A DNA stretch of 64,000 bases from Microcoleus sp. (GCA_052279835.1 CP181291.1:5152001-5216000); one strand, 5' to 3'; shown: positions 1 through 10,066, counted from the stretch's first letter. The notes: generated by a model not told the origin, from the sequence alone. Numbers and translations: made by a program.

Positions 1-390
1 CTCCCAGCATTCCCCATGTATTTTGTTTCGGCCAGATGCCGAGTGCCCAAGCCATCGCCCTAGAATTACTATTTGGCCTAGACTGAAAGCCTCTAGGGTA
101 ACTTACCAAGTTGTGCATTAAAGCCCCGTGCTTTAATACACAGGGACTTTCTGTCTCGGATTCTGGAATCTCAACTTTTCAATGGATTGACCACCAGGAA
201 AATGCTTGAGTTAGCTGTTTATGAAAGTTTTATAAATTTTTGTTAAGCTTATACTTGAGTAAATCTACTTAGTTTGTGCGAAAAATCAAAGTTTTGAGAC
301 CGAAAGAACCCTGCTGAAACTCCGAATAAGTCGTTACTGAGCGGATTTGTGTAATTATTAGAATTTCTTTTAAGTTTATATAACTAAATT

Positions 391-404
391 GTATCTATAT
401 ATAC
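391..404. promoter_or_regulatory. Putative NtcA binding site (GTA-N8-TAC)
   Basis: tGTAtctatataTACa ~90 nt upstream of the 493 ORF; no canonical -10 at the usual 22-23 nt spacing. Confidence 0.35.
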
Positions 405-492
405 AGACAAAAATTAATCTAGGAATTAGTTGGGTGTACACTATATTATTAATAAGGCCATAAAAATTTTTAGCAAACATTGAGGGCGCATT

Positions 493-726
493 ATGATTCA
501 GTCCACCATCCACCCATTGCAATACTCTTTAGATGTTATCCAAGATGAAGCACGTCACCTCGTGCATGATGGCGTACTCAGCCGTCAGCAGCCCATTTAT
601 ACGATGTGCCAATTCATTCCCCCCCGCGAATGGGCTTGTGTAGAGTGCGAACTAGAAAAATGTGACTTTTTGCTGCGCGATCGCATCGCCGACCTGATCG
701 GTTCAGAAAAGTGGGACAATGACTAA
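493..726 (+). CDS. DUF4327-family small cyanobacterial protein
   Basis: YSLDVIQDEARHLV..SRQQPIY..LLRDRIADL..W pattern typical of the family. Confidence 0.75.
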   Translation: MIQSTIHPLQYSLDVIQDEARHLVHDGVLSRQQPIYTMCQFIPPREWACVECELEKCDFLLRDRIADLIGSEKWDND

Positions 727-960
727 ATTTGCTTCATCCAGTCCGGCTGTGTTGAGCAATTGAATCAGTTATGGGTGTTTGTTGTAGATGAGGCTGGTAG
801 CAGAATTGGCAATTAGCACAATGTAAGTGTTTAAGTTAGAACGGCTTTTTTTCACACACATTACTCCTAATTGCAACAGTGTTAGAGGAGGTTGCTTGTT
901 TGGGAAATACCTTTTTCGATTAAAAACTTTCAAATTAGTTTGTCTGCGACTCAAGATACT

Positions 961-1365
961 TTAATCCGGAGAATTTTCAGCCCGTAAACTTTCTAACTGG
1001 GTTCTGAGTGCCACCATTTGTGCAGTTAACTCTTGAATTTCTAGTTGTACGTCTGGTTGTGACACAGCATCGGGAGGATTACCTATGGGTGAATTCGATT
1101 GCTGAGGCGAGACTGATTCGCTTTCGGTATTCTCCCGCTCGTTTTGTCCAGAAAAAATAGTATCTACAAAATTCCGGGCTTCTGTATCGGTCATTTCTCC
1201 TTTTTCTAGCAACTCATCGGCTAATACACCCAAGTCTGACTTTAATTTTTCCAGATTTTCCTCTCGCTTCAGCGGGTCTTGCAATGTCTCAATTAAAAAA
1301 GAAGTTGCACCCAAAGCTAGGTGAAATCCGGTTTGCAGAATTTGAGGCAGTTTTTCAGAATTCAT
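961..1365 (-). CDS. Conserved cyanobacterial hypothetical protein (helical, phasin-like)
   Basis: 134-aa ORF, GFHLALGA N-terminus, EKGEMTDTEARNFVD motif, C-terminal coiled coil. Confidence 0.65.
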   Translation of the reverse strand: MNSEKLPQILQTGFHLALGATSFLIETLQDPLKREENLEKLKSDLGVLADELLEKGEMTDTEARNFVDTIFSGQNERENTESESVSPQQSNSPIGNPPDAVSQPDVQLEIQELTAQMVALRTQLESLRAENSPD

Positions 1366-1540
1366 TTAAAAATTCCGCTAGTGCGAATTTGTGGATCGGG
1401 ATCGCCCCAAATCACAAAAAACAAGTCTTTGGGGGGATGGCCTTCTATGTTACTTAAACTAATTTTAGCATTACTTGGCAAATTCAGAAATGTCAAGTGT
1501 AAAGTTTTGTAACAATACCGATCGCTTTGAGATATTCAGG

Positions 1541-2686
1541 TTAAGCACCCGATCGAGGGTAGAGTGTATCGCCGGTGGAAGGGTCAAATACAAATAGCCG
1601 ATCGAAATCAAGCTCTACACTCAGTCGATCGCCCGATCGACAGCGCCCATTCCCAGGCACCACTACCTGTATCGTAGTTTCTGGACTCAACATCGGCAAA
1701 CTCGCCCGGATTAAAGTTTCTCGCCCCAAGGGTTCAACCACTTTCACCTCTAAGTCTAGAGGCACTTTTTCTAAGGCCCAAATATCGCTTTTTAAATCAT
1801 CATTCTGCGCCATGGATTTAGTAAAAACTGCTATGTGTTCTGGACGAATTCCTAAATCAAAACCCTGTCCTTCCCTAGGCTGCAATTTTTTCTGAATCGA
1901 GGGCGGACAAGCTAGAGATTGATTTCCCACTTGAAAAGATTCGTTCGCATAAATTGCAGGCAAAATATTCATAGCCGGATTGCCTAAAAATGTCGCCACC
2001 ATCCGATTTACTGGTTTAGCATAAACAGTTTGAGGGTCTCCAATTTGTTGAATCAAACCGCGATTTAAAATAACAATTTTGTCAGCTAAAGTCATCGCTT
2101 CCACTTGGTCGTGGGTGACATAAATAGTAGTAATTCCTAGCCGTTGATGCAGTAGTTTAAGTTCGGCCCTAGTATCATCTCGCAATTGAGCATCCAGGTT
2201 AGAAAGCGGTTCATCTAAGAGAAAAACTTTGGGTTCACGGGCGATCGCCCTTCCCAGTGCTACCCGCTGTTGCTGACCTCCTGAAAGCTGTTTGGGCTTG
2301 CGGTTAAGCAGGCGATCGATCGATAGCGTTTGGGCTACAGTCTCCACCCTTTCTTGAATTTTTGATTTTTCAACATTCCGCATCCGCAATCCAAAAGCCA
2401 GATTTTCTGCCACAGTCATGTGCGGGTAAAGCGCATAATTTTGAAATACCATTGCCACATCCCGCTGTCTGGCTGGAATGTTATTGACTAAACTATCTCC
2501 AATATAAATGTTGCCCGAAGTTGCCGTTTCTAAACCTGCAATTGTCCGCATAATTGTAGATTTACCACAACCGGATGGTCCGACTAATACCCAAAATTCT
2601 CCGTCCGGGATTTGGAAGCTAATATTTTCGATAGCGGTGACATTTTGGTAGCGTCGGGTAATATTTTCTAAGCGAACATTTGCCAT
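1541..2686 (-). CDS. Sugar ABC transporter ATP-binding protein (MalK/UgpC family)
   Basis: Walker A GPSGCGKS, signature LSGGQQQRVALGRA, LLDEPLSNLD, C-terminal TOBE-like domain. Confidence 0.93.
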   Translation of the reverse strand: MANVRLENITRRYQNVTAIENISFQIPDGEFWVLVGPSGCGKSTIMRTIAGLETATSGNIYIGDSLVNNIPARQRDVAMVFQNYALYPHMTVAENLAFGLRMRNVEKSKIQERVETVAQTLSIDRLLNRKPKQLSGGQQQRVALGRAIAREPKVFLLDEPLSNLDAQLRDDTRAELKLLHQRLGITTIYVTHDQVEAMTLADKIVILNRGLIQQIGDPQTVYAKPVNRMVATFLGNPAMNILPAIYANESFQVGNQSLACPPSIQKKLQPREGQGFDLGIRPEHIAVFTKSMAQNDDLKSDIWALEKVPLDLEVKVVEPLGRETLIRASLPMLSPETTIQVVVPGNGRCRSGDRLSVELDFDRLFVFDPSTGDTLYPRSGA

Positions 2687-3155
2687 TTTTCTTAGTTAGG
2701 AGTTACTGGTTATTAGTTAGGAGTTACTGGTTATTAGTTATTTGTTTATTCCCGGAAGCACTAATAACCTAAATCATCTCATTCTCTGGGTTGGGAAGCA
2801 TCTCAAATCTTTGCCACACCGTCACCATGGGTCTAGGACTATAGTTTTTACATTATCGCCTAAGTAACGACAATCTTTTAAGGGCGATCGCACATTATAG
2901 ATTTTATCAGGAGCCGAGACCAATCTGACTGAACTAGAAGCCGATCGTGTCGTCAAGGGAGATTAGGTGTCCTGCGCCTTTCGGTAAAGCCGTCCATAAT
3001 AGCTGTGATGGATGTTTTCCCCCGTGGCGGGGCCGCCTCCATCCTCCATCGCATAATTGAAGTAAAATTACGATCGTCTCATATTCCTAAGCCCCCTACT
3101 CCAAAGCTATACTAGCAGTATCCAACATCAGAATCATCACAGAGAGGTTGCCATC

Positions 3156-3779
3156 GTGACAGCTACTATAATTATACCCAAAAATGCCGACCCAAAAATA
3201 GAACCAGAATCCCAGCCAGAATTAGAAAATACACCAGAAATTCCACCCGAATCCGCTCCACAAAAAGTCATATCTCTCGAAGAATTTTTAGTCAAGCCTG
3301 CTGATAGAATGGAATGGGTTGACGGCAACTTAGTGGAGAAAACAGGAATGACATTCAAGCACAGTCTGGCTCAGTCTAAATTAGCGCGTTATTGGGGAAA
3401 TTACAAAGATTCCAGCGGACAGGGAGGAGAAGTTCTTACAGAAGTCCTTTGTCGCACTAACAAACAAGGCCGCCGTCCCGATGTCGCTTACATAACTCCT
3501 GAACTACTGCCAGAATCAGGCAATTTTACAGCATTTTCCCAAAGTTTTCCCCTGATAGCAGAAGTTGCTTCTCCTGAAGATAGCGGCGAAGAATTATTTG
3601 CAAAAGCTCAAGAATATTTGGAATCGGGATGTTTAGAAGTCTGGCTGCTATTTCCCGAAGCTCGATTAATTTTTGTGAATGCCGGCAAAAATTGGTTATT
3701 ATTTAATGCCGACGAAGTGGCTAGCACTCAAAATGTACTTTCAGGTTTTAGCGTAGCTGTCAGTGAATTGTTGGCCTAA
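3156..3779 (+). CDS. Uma2-family (DUF820) endonuclease
   Basis: EWVDG, RRPDVAY, LIAEVASP, YLESGCLEVWLL motifs. Confidence 0.9.
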   Translation: MTATIIIPKNADPKIEPESQPELENTPEIPPESAPQKVISLEEFLVKPADRMEWVDGNLVEKTGMTFKHSLAQSKLARYWGNYKDSSGQGGEVLTEVLCRTNKQGRRPDVAYITPELLPESGNFTAFSQSFPLIAEVASPEDSGEELFAKAQEYLESGCLEVWLLFPEARLIFVNAGKNWLLFNADEVASTQNVLSGFSVAVSELLA

Positions 3780-3869
3780 AGAACTTGCCAAAAAGGCCAC
3801 GTTATGAAATAATCTAGGATGTTGAAAAATTCAACTAAAGCGACATCCCCAAATAAAAATAAAAATATA

Positions 3870-4592
3870 ATGGATAAATTCAGAGTAGAAGTTATTTCTC
3901 AAACACCCAATCCTCAGCAAGTAATATATGCTGCTCTCCATCAAGACTATACAGAAAATTTTGTGTTTGACGAACGGGATTCCTGGCCATCTGAAGCCGA
4001 ATGTGGCGAAATAATAGTCAAAAGGCTCCTCGCAGGCGATCGGGGTCATTACGGCCCCTTAGAACATCCCCAAATTATCTTTAATTGTGGCTACTTTCCC
4101 CACAGCGTCATGCAGCAAGCCAGGACACATCGTGTAGGAGTATCCTTCGATGTGCAATCCCTCCGTTATACAGGTAATCAATTTCTGGATGCAGCCACAG
4201 GCAAAAAAGATATAGAAGATATTTTTTACCTCCGTCCAGTAGATTATTATACAGACCGCGAAGGCAAAAAATACTACTATTCTCCCGAACAAAGACAGCA
4301 AGATTTAGAGTGGTGTCTAGAAGCCGCTAAACGTTACAAAATAGACTTCGATGGTGGTATGTCCGAAGAACACGCCAGAGGCAAATTACCCTTTGACTAC
4401 CGCCAGCACTTTGTAGTCAGTTTCAATTTAAGATCCTTCCTGCACTTTGCTGACTTGAGAAACAAGAAAAACGCTCAACTAGAAATTCAAAAACTCTGCG
4501 AAATGATGTGGCCTCATTTTGAAAATTGGGCCCCAGCCATTGCGAAATGGTACACAACAACTCGCCTGGGGAAAGCCAGACTAGCCCCGTAA
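3870..4592 (+). CDS. thyX: FAD-dependent thymidylate synthase
   Basis: GHYGPLEH and RTHRVGVSFDVQSLRY ThyX motif; ATG at 3870 preferred over 3819. Confidence 0.92.
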   Translation: MDKFRVEVISQTPNPQQVIYAALHQDYTENFVFDERDSWPSEAECGEIIVKRLLAGDRGHYGPLEHPQIIFNCGYFPHSVMQQARTHRVGVSFDVQSLRYTGNQFLDAATGKKDIEDIFYLRPVDYYTDREGKKYYYSPEQRQQDLEWCLEAAKRYKIDFDGGMSEEHARGKLPFDYRQHFVVSFNLRSFLHFADLRNKKNAQLEIQKLCEMMWPHFENWAPAIAKWYTTTRLGKARLAP

Positions 4593-4608
4593 TAATTCCG
4601 ATGTTCGC

Positions 4609-4722
4609 AATTATTCATCTCTCACTTCTCCTCCTCTGCGTCCTCTGCGGTCTCTGCGGTTAAATAATTCTGATACAACTAACATTGAGAACCCTAAAAA
4701 GTTGGCTGTATCAGCATTATTC
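4609..4722. repeat. Dispersed short repeat (CTCTGCG core), second copy at 38905-38987
   Basis: aattattcatc..ctctgcgtcctctgcggtctctgcggttaaataattctgatac closely matches 38916-38987. Confidence 0.6.
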
Positions 4723-4748
4723 CGTCTTCATTATCCTCACCAAACAAG

Positions 4749-5183
4749 ATGAAATTAAAAATCCGGCAACTTCACGAATCAGCCATCATCCCCAAATACG
4801 CCTACGAATCTGATGCTGGACTCGATCTATTTTCCATAGATGAATTAGAAATTCTTCCCGGAAAAAGCAAGTTAATTCATACAGGCATATCAATAGAATT
4901 ACCCCAACAAACAGAGGCACAAATTCGTCCTCGAAGTGGTTTAGCTCTCAAACACCAAATCACTGTACTCAACGCACCAGGAACAATAGATGAAGGCTAT
5001 CGAGGGGAAATAGGAGTCATCTTAATCAATCATGGTAACACTTCTTTTCAAGTTACCAAAGGCATGAAAATTGCTCAAATGGTAATCGCGCCAGTAATTC
5101 GCGTGGAAATTGAAGAAGTTAAAATGTTAAGTTCCAGCTCTAGGGGAGATAATGGATTTGGCTCCACTGGCATCGGGCAATAA
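4749..5183 (+). CDS. dut: dUTP diphosphatase (trimeric)
   Basis: [32 protein letters not shown] motifs. Confidence 0.96.
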   Translation: MKLKIRQLHESAIIPKYAYESDAGLDLFSIDELEILPGKSKLIHTGISIELPQQTEAQIRPRSGLALKHQITVLNAPGTIDEGYRGEIGVILINHGNTSFQVTKGMKIAQMVIAPVIRVEIEEVKMLSSSSRGDNGFGSTGIGQ

Positions 5184-5220
5184 ATAGCGTCTCTCATACA
5201 CTTCTAATTTTATACTTTAA

Positions 5221-5781
5221 ATGCAGAACACACCAGACAACTACGACCCTCCTCAAAGACCAGATTGGGATGAATACTTTTTAATGTTAGCCAAATTAGC
5301 CGCCACTCGATCGACTTGTCTGGCTTTTCCCGTAGGTGCTGTGATCACTAAAAATAGACAAGTGTTAGCCACCGGTTACAACGGTTCCCCCTCCGGTTCG
5401 GCACACTGCATCTCTCAAGGATTCTGCTATCCTGGTTTGAGCAGTTGTGATGCTAGCAAAACCTTACCATCGCGGGCGGTTCATGCAGAAGCAAATGCGA
5501 TCGCCAAAGCCGCCAGACATGGTATATCTACTGATGGAGCTAGCATTTATGTCACCTTAGAACCCTGCATTTATTGTCTTAAATTAGTCATTGCCGCTGG
5601 GATTCGAGAAATATTTTACGAAACCAGTTTCAACAGCGGAGAAAAAGCAGCCTTGAGAGATACTTTTATCAGTGAAGGTATTGTGGAACTCAAGCAAATT
5701 CAGTTATCTGAAAATACGGCAAAAAAGGCTGCCCTATTTTTGCTGCATCCTACTTCTGTCCTCAAAGATTCTATTTCTTGA
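5221..5781 (+). CDS. dCMP deaminase (ComEB-like)
   Basis: RPDWDEYF, RSTC, TGYNG, HAEANA and PCxxC zinc motifs. Confidence 0.92.
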   Translation: MQNTPDNYDPPQRPDWDEYFLMLAKLAATRSTCLAFPVGAVITKNRQVLATGYNGSPSGSAHCISQGFCYPGLSSCDASKTLPSRAVHAEANAIAKAARHGISTDGASIYVTLEPCIYCLKLVIAAGIREIFYETSFNSGEKAALRDTFISEGIVELKQIQLSENTAKKAALFLLHPTSVLKDSIS

Positions 5782-5822
5782 CAATCACTATAGCGGTTTT
5801 CCCTAGCGTCCACAGTCAACAT

Positions 5823-6308
5823 TTAATCAAACTCATTCACAACTTGCAAATAGTCGATCGCAGCATCTATCCTCGAAGAATACTTAAAAGCAAACTGATC
5901 GAACCAAAATCTCTCATCAGAATCTTTACTTAAATTCTTCAGCCAAACTTGAGCTTGTCTCACTTTTTCCCGGTGGGTTTTTACTTCCACCTGCTGCGGT
6001 TCCTGTTGGAGAATTTTCTGAGCTTTATTTTGTGCTTCATCTTCAGCCAAAAGCTGTTCCTGTTTGGCAACTTCTTCAGCTTGCTCTTGTGCTTGGTATT
6101 CAGCCTTGATTTGAGCTAAATCACTGTCTAAATTATCAAAATTCAAATTTTTGTCAGAAGTTTCAATTGCTTGACTATACGGCGCAGTAGTTGCTTGCAA
6201 AGACGGTTCTGGTTGCACCATCCGCTGGCTTTTTAACTCAGCAGATTTTTTTTGAGATTCTTGATACTCAGCTCTAAGTTCAGCTAACAAACGATCGATC
6301 GATTCCAT
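5823..6308 (-). CDS. Slr1339-like (salt-stress) cyanobacterial protein
   Basis: N-terminal SIDRLLAEL, coiled coil, C-terminal WL..L...S.E..WF..FA..YSSR..AAIDYL. Confidence 0.65.
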   Translation of the reverse strand: MESIDRLLAELRAEYQESQKKSAELKSQRMVQPEPSLQATTAPYSQAIETSDKNLNFDNLDSDLAQIKAEYQAQEQAEEVAKQEQLLAEDEAQNKAQKILQQEPQQVEVKTHREKVRQAQVWLKNLSKDSDERFWFDQFAFKYSSRIDAAIDYLQVVNEFD

Positions 6309-6384
6309 TACTTAACCCCCCCCCTAAACAATGCTTCTGAGCCCTCCGGCCAAAATACCATCGCCTTAAACTTAATTCACCTTC

Positions 6385-6990
6385 TCAATCAATGATTGCA
6401 TTCAGCAATACTTCCGTCAGAGTCATTCCTTCCATATCGTCCATAGTTACAGTATCCACGATATCGAATTTAGCCCCAGCGCTTTGTAGTTCGTCATCCA
6501 ATATCTTGAGAAACTTGGTAGCTTCTGGAGCATTTCCGACTTGGATAAACGAAATTGCCAATTCTTCATCTCGATCTAGCTTCCGCGAAGCTTCTATAAT
6601 TGTTTTCATCACTTCTTTGCGATCGTCCGGTTCTCCGTCCGTCACCACTAATATTGTTTCCCCATTTTGCTGAGTCTTACCGGATATTTTACGCTGAAAA
6701 TAGTTGTTGAGAGCATCTTGCAAAACTATCGCCAAATTCGTAGTCCCTGAAGGCTCATTTTCTTGGAATATTTGTACGACTTTCCCTGCGGTTACATTGT
6801 CGTACCGTTTGAAACGACCGGAAAACAAGTAAACTGTGATGCCATCAGGGTCTAGTTCTTCGCATTTATTTGCTAATGCGATCGTCGATTCCTGCATCAG
6901 CGCCCACCGACTTTTGCCCCCTGTCTTGTCTTTAGTGTACATACTGCCACTTTTGTCAATGATTATGGTATAATCTCGGTTGTTAAGCAT
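6385..6990 (-). CDS. VWA-domain protein
   Basis: MIDAS DKSGSM, VVTDGEPD. Confidence 0.9.
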   Translation of the reverse strand: MLNNRDYTIIIDKSGSMYTKDKTGGKSRWALMQESTIALANKCEELDPDGITVYLFSGRFKRYDNVTAGKVVQIFQENEPSGTTNLAIVLQDALNNYFQRKISGKTQQNGETILVVTDGEPDDRKEVMKTIIEASRKLDRDEELAISFIQVGNAPEATKFLKILDDELQSAGAKFDIVDTVTMDDMEGMTLTEVLLNAIID

Positions 6991-7036
6991 GAGAATTTTC
7001 CTGTTACATTAAATTTTTTTCAAAAAAGAGCAAAAC

Positions 7037-7073
7037 CAGCGAGCAGAAGCTGTTGAGCTTTAGTTGCTCGCTG
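7037..7073. terminator. Stem-loop downstream of ndhN, possibly bidirectional terminator
   Basis: cagcgagca..tgctcgctg with T-rich tracts on both strands. Confidence 0.5.
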
Positions 7074-7110
7074 CGTTTTTTAGTAGATTGGCGATCGACT
7101 GAAACCCTAT

Positions 7111-7587
7111 TTAAGCTGTAACTAAAGCATCCTTGAGTGGCTTCCAACTAAAAACTCGATCGCCCCCCATCTCTACAGCTATTTTAACTCGCGGTTCTAA
7201 CGTCGGCAAAATAGTTAAATATTCCACCTCCTGACTAGACAAAATCTGCCCTTCAATGATCCACAGCACCAGTCCTTTTGCTTTCGGAGGCAAATTGTCC
7301 AATTGAGTCTTCAACATCGGCGGCACGTAGTAGGTATAACCCACGGACGCTTCATTACCAGTGGTTTTCTTACCCAAATGCGGCGGCCGCACCCCGTGCA
7401 CCCCCGTCAAATACATCGCCAAATCGCCCAAACCCCGCGCTGTAATGTTGTAGGCACCATAGCCCGCAGCCCTGAGTCGGCGCAGGTAGCGTCCCTCAAA
7501 ACCTCCCTCCAACGGAACATACAGGGCCAGGGACCCCGACTTTTCCAAATCCCGAATCATATCTGAACCCGTCGTAATCAATCCCAT
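7111..7587 (-). CDS. ndhN: NAD(P)H-quinone oxidoreductase (NDH-1) subunit N
   Basis: MGLITTG..YVPLEGGFEGRY..SARGLGD-like..HGVRPPHLGK; ATG at 7587 gives 158 aa. Confidence 0.93.
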   Translation of the reverse strand: MGLITTGSDMIRDLEKSGSLALYVPLEGGFEGRYLRRLRAAGYGAYNITARGLGDLAMYLTGVHGVRPPHLGKKTTGNEASVGYTYYVPPMLKTQLDNLPPKAKGLVLWIIEGQILSSQEVEYLTILPTLEPRVKIAVEMGGDRVFSWKPLKDALVTA

Positions 7588-7629
7588 AAATTTGTGTGGC
7601 TGTATGAAAATTTGGTCGATCGCCCAAGT

Positions 7630-7800
7630 GCGAACTGCAAGTATTTTGACACTCCCCAGTCTAAAGACGTGGGGATTCTTCATTCACAGGGAGATGCCTT
7701 GCAAAAGCAGTGCCTTTACTTGGTCTTACTCTCCCTCCCGAAGCAGTGGCGGTATGCCCTACCGCCAGAATTCGTAACCCTTCATCCCGAATATTCTTAG
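7630..7800 (-). ncRNA. Predicted TnpB omega-RNA (reRNA); 5' boundary approximate
   Basis: Known TnpB biology: scaffold overlaps the tnpB 3' end and right end; guide is the flank after TCAA (AATACTTGCAGTTCGC). Confidence 0.55.
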
Positions 7801-8946
7801 CGGCATTGATGTCTCTATCGTGGTTTTCTCCACACTTAAGGCATTGCCAACTACGAATATCTCTGCTCAAACTATCAACACGATTTAAGCAGTTACTACA
7901 GGTCTTGGAACTGGGGAAAAATCTGTCAACTTCTAGATAGATTTTTCCTTCCCATTCAGCCTTGTATTTCAACATAGTACAGAATTGACCCCAGCCAGCA
8001 TCACTAATTAATTTTGCTAGTTTAGGGTTTTTGACCATGTTGCTGACGGCTAGATTTTCGACCACTATGACTTGGTTTTCGTCAACTAATTTACGACTTA
8101 GCTTGTGGAGAAAATCTTCACGACTACGAAGGATTTTAGAGTGAACTTTAGCAACTTTAACTCTAGCTTTATTGCGGTTATTAGAGCCTTTTTGCTTGCG
8201 ATTAAGTTTCTGTTGTCTCCTCGCTAATCTTCGTTCGTAGTTACGATAGTATTTAGGGTTCCCATGTTTAGTCCCATCTGATGTAATCGCAAAATGAGTT
8301 AGTCCAACGTCTATCCCGATAGCTTTTCCTTCTGATGATTTTTGGGGCAAATCCTGACCATCATCATAAAGACAAGATGCAAAATATTCTGCTGATGGAT
8401 TAACTGAAACCGTAACCGACTTTAAATCTCCCTCGGGTTGCCGTGAAACTTTGCAATAGACTTTGCCGATTTTAGGTAATACCAGAACATCATTTTTTAA
8501 CTGACAGTGCTGAGGAAATCTAATCGACTGCCTATTTTGCTTTTTCTTGAAGTTAGGATATTTAGCTCTACCTTCAAAAAAATTAAGGAAAGCACTAGAA
8601 AGATTTAAAGCGGCTTGCTGTAATACCTGTGATGGGACTTCGCTTAACCACTCATACTCTTTTTTTAGGGAAGGCAGAAGCTTGATTATTTCGTTTCTGC
8701 TTAATCCTTTTCCAGTTTGTTTGTAAGTTTCGGATGTTAGATTGAGAGCGTAGTTGTAAAACCATCTAGCACAGCCAAACGACTTGGCAAGCAAAACGGA
8801 TTGCTCACCCGTCGGATAGATTCTGTACTTGAATGCTTTTAACATTTTGCTTACCACACTACATATAGTATGGTAAATTGTTTGGTCAAGAGTGTCAAGC
8901 CGTCCTCCGCTACGCTAAAGGACGGGGTTTTCCACCCAAATTTTCG
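7646..8946 (-). mobile_element. IS200/IS605-family tnpB-only element (IS1341-like), 1301 bp
   Basis: Minus strand: left end TTTAT|CGAAAATTTGGGTGGAAAACCCCGTCC..GGACGG hairpin; right end GAATCCCCACGTCTTTAGACTGGGGAGTGTCAA; encloses tnpB only. Confidence 0.85.
7661..8845 (-). CDS. tnpB: RNA-guided endonuclease TnpB
   Basis: KAFKYRIYP HTH, RuvC-I GIDVG, RuvC-II VVENL, zinc finger CSNC..CLKC, RuvC-III DRDINAAKNI; start ATG 8845 or 8857. Confidence 0.95.
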   Translation of the reverse strand: MLKAFKYRIYPTGEQSVLLAKSFGCARWFYNYALNLTSETYKQTGKGLSRNEIIKLLPSLKKEYEWLSEVPSQVLQQAALNLSSAFLNFFEGRAKYPNFKKKQNRQSIRFPQHCQLKNDVLVLPKIGKVYCKVSRQPEGDLKSVTVSVNPSAEYFASCLYDDGQDLPQKSSEGKAIGIDVGLTHFAITSDGTKHGNPKYYRNYERRLARRQQKLNRKQKGSNNRNKARVKVAKVHSKILRSREDFLHKLSRKLVDENQVIVVENLAVSNMVKNPKLAKLISDAGWGQFCTMLKYKAEWEGKIYLEVDRFFPSSKTCSNCLNRVDSLSRDIRSWQCLKCGENHDRDINAAKNIRDEGLRILAVGHTATASGGRVRPSKGTAFARHLPVNEESPRL

Positions 8947-8986
8947 ATAAATCTTTAAGCTTAGTCAAAAAAATCCGCTCGCGGCC

Positions 8987-9016
8987 TTGACAAATAGGTA
9001 ACACTTCGTATAGTAT
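8987..9016 (+). promoter_or_regulatory. Sigma70-type promoter of the ribosomal protein operon
   Basis: TTGACA (8987-8992) followed by TATAGT (9009-9014) or TAGTAT (9011-9016). Confidence 0.65.
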
Positions 9017-9317
9017 TGTGAATCGTTGCTGTAAAGGATACTGAGTAGTTAACTGCTCAAGTCCAGGCACGAACAAGCAAGAACAAAATAAATCTCCCAG
9101 ACACAACAGCTAGAAGCCTGTAAATCTGGAAACTTGCAAGACTTCCACAAGCTAGCTCCCAAATTTAAAATTTAAATTTTAAACACCGCGGAAAGCTGTT
9201 GGTTGATAACAGTTAATTGCAGAATCATTCAAATAAATGATTCTGCACAAGAGCAAGCGGATTGACGAAAACTTCGCAATCCGAAACCTCTTGCGTAAAT
9301 AAAAGGAAAAAAAATCC

Positions 9318-9953
9318 GTGTCAGTAGGCATTCTTGGTACAAAACTAGGCATGACTCAAGTGTTTGACGCACAAGGGAAAGCAATCCCCGTCACCGTCAT
9401 TCAAGCAGGGCCTTGTACAGTAACTCAAATTAAAACAAAACCAACAGACGGCTACAGTGCCGTTCAAATTGGATACAGCGAAGTCAAACCAAAGGCTCTC
9501 AACAAGCCAGAACTAGGACACCTAGCCAAGTCCGGGGCGAATCCATTGCGCCACTTGCAGGAATACCGATTGGAAGACACAAGTTCCTTTGAATTAGGTC
9601 AACAACTAAAAGCCGATGCTTTTGCACCCGGACAAATAGTAGATGTGATCGGTACAAGCATCGGTAAAGGCTTTGCCGGTTTCCAAAAGCGCCACAACTT
9701 CAAACGAGGCCCAATGTCTCACGGTTCTAAGAACCACCGCGAACCAGGCTCGATCGGACCTGGAACAACCCCCGGCCGCGTCTATCCAGGGAAAAGAATG
9801 GCAGGACGGATGGGGAATGTTCAAGTAACCGTTCGCAAGCTAACGATTGTGCGGGTAGATACAGAGCGGAATCTGCTACTAATTAAAGGAGCCGTTCCCG
9901 GTAAAGCCGGTGCCTTAGTCAATGTTGTACCTGAGAAAAAAGTTGGGCGGTAG
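9318..9953 (+). CDS. rplC: 50S ribosomal protein L3
   Basis: GTG start; [23 protein letters not shown]. Confidence 0.98.
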   Translation: MSVGILGTKLGMTQVFDAQGKAIPVTVIQAGPCTVTQIKTKPTDGYSAVQIGYSEVKPKALNKPELGHLAKSGANPLRHLQEYRLEDTSSFELGQQLKADAFAPGQIVDVIGTSIGKGFAGFQKRHNFKRGPMSHGSKNHREPGSIGPGTTPGRVYPGKRMAGRMGNVQVTVRKLTIVRVDTERNLLLIKGAVPGKAGALVNVVPEKKVGR

Positions 9954-10066
9954 TCATTAGTTATGGGTTATTTCGTTATCAGTAGTAGCAGATAACAACA
10001 AACAACTAACAACTAACAACTAACAAACAACTAACAACTAACAACAACAGACAAAGGACAAAAGAA

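Noticed and set aside
116..147. Hairpin resembling an IS200/IS605 end
   Set aside because: Isolated, with no partner end or tnp remnant visible in the window.
2950..3055. GC-rich stretch with small hairpins, considered as a riboswitch
   Set aside because: No recognisable cobalamin, TPP or SAM consensus, and the helices are short.
7588..7683. Longer 190-aa version of NdhN
   Set aside because: The extension runs into the IS right end; the conserved protein begins at MGLITTG.
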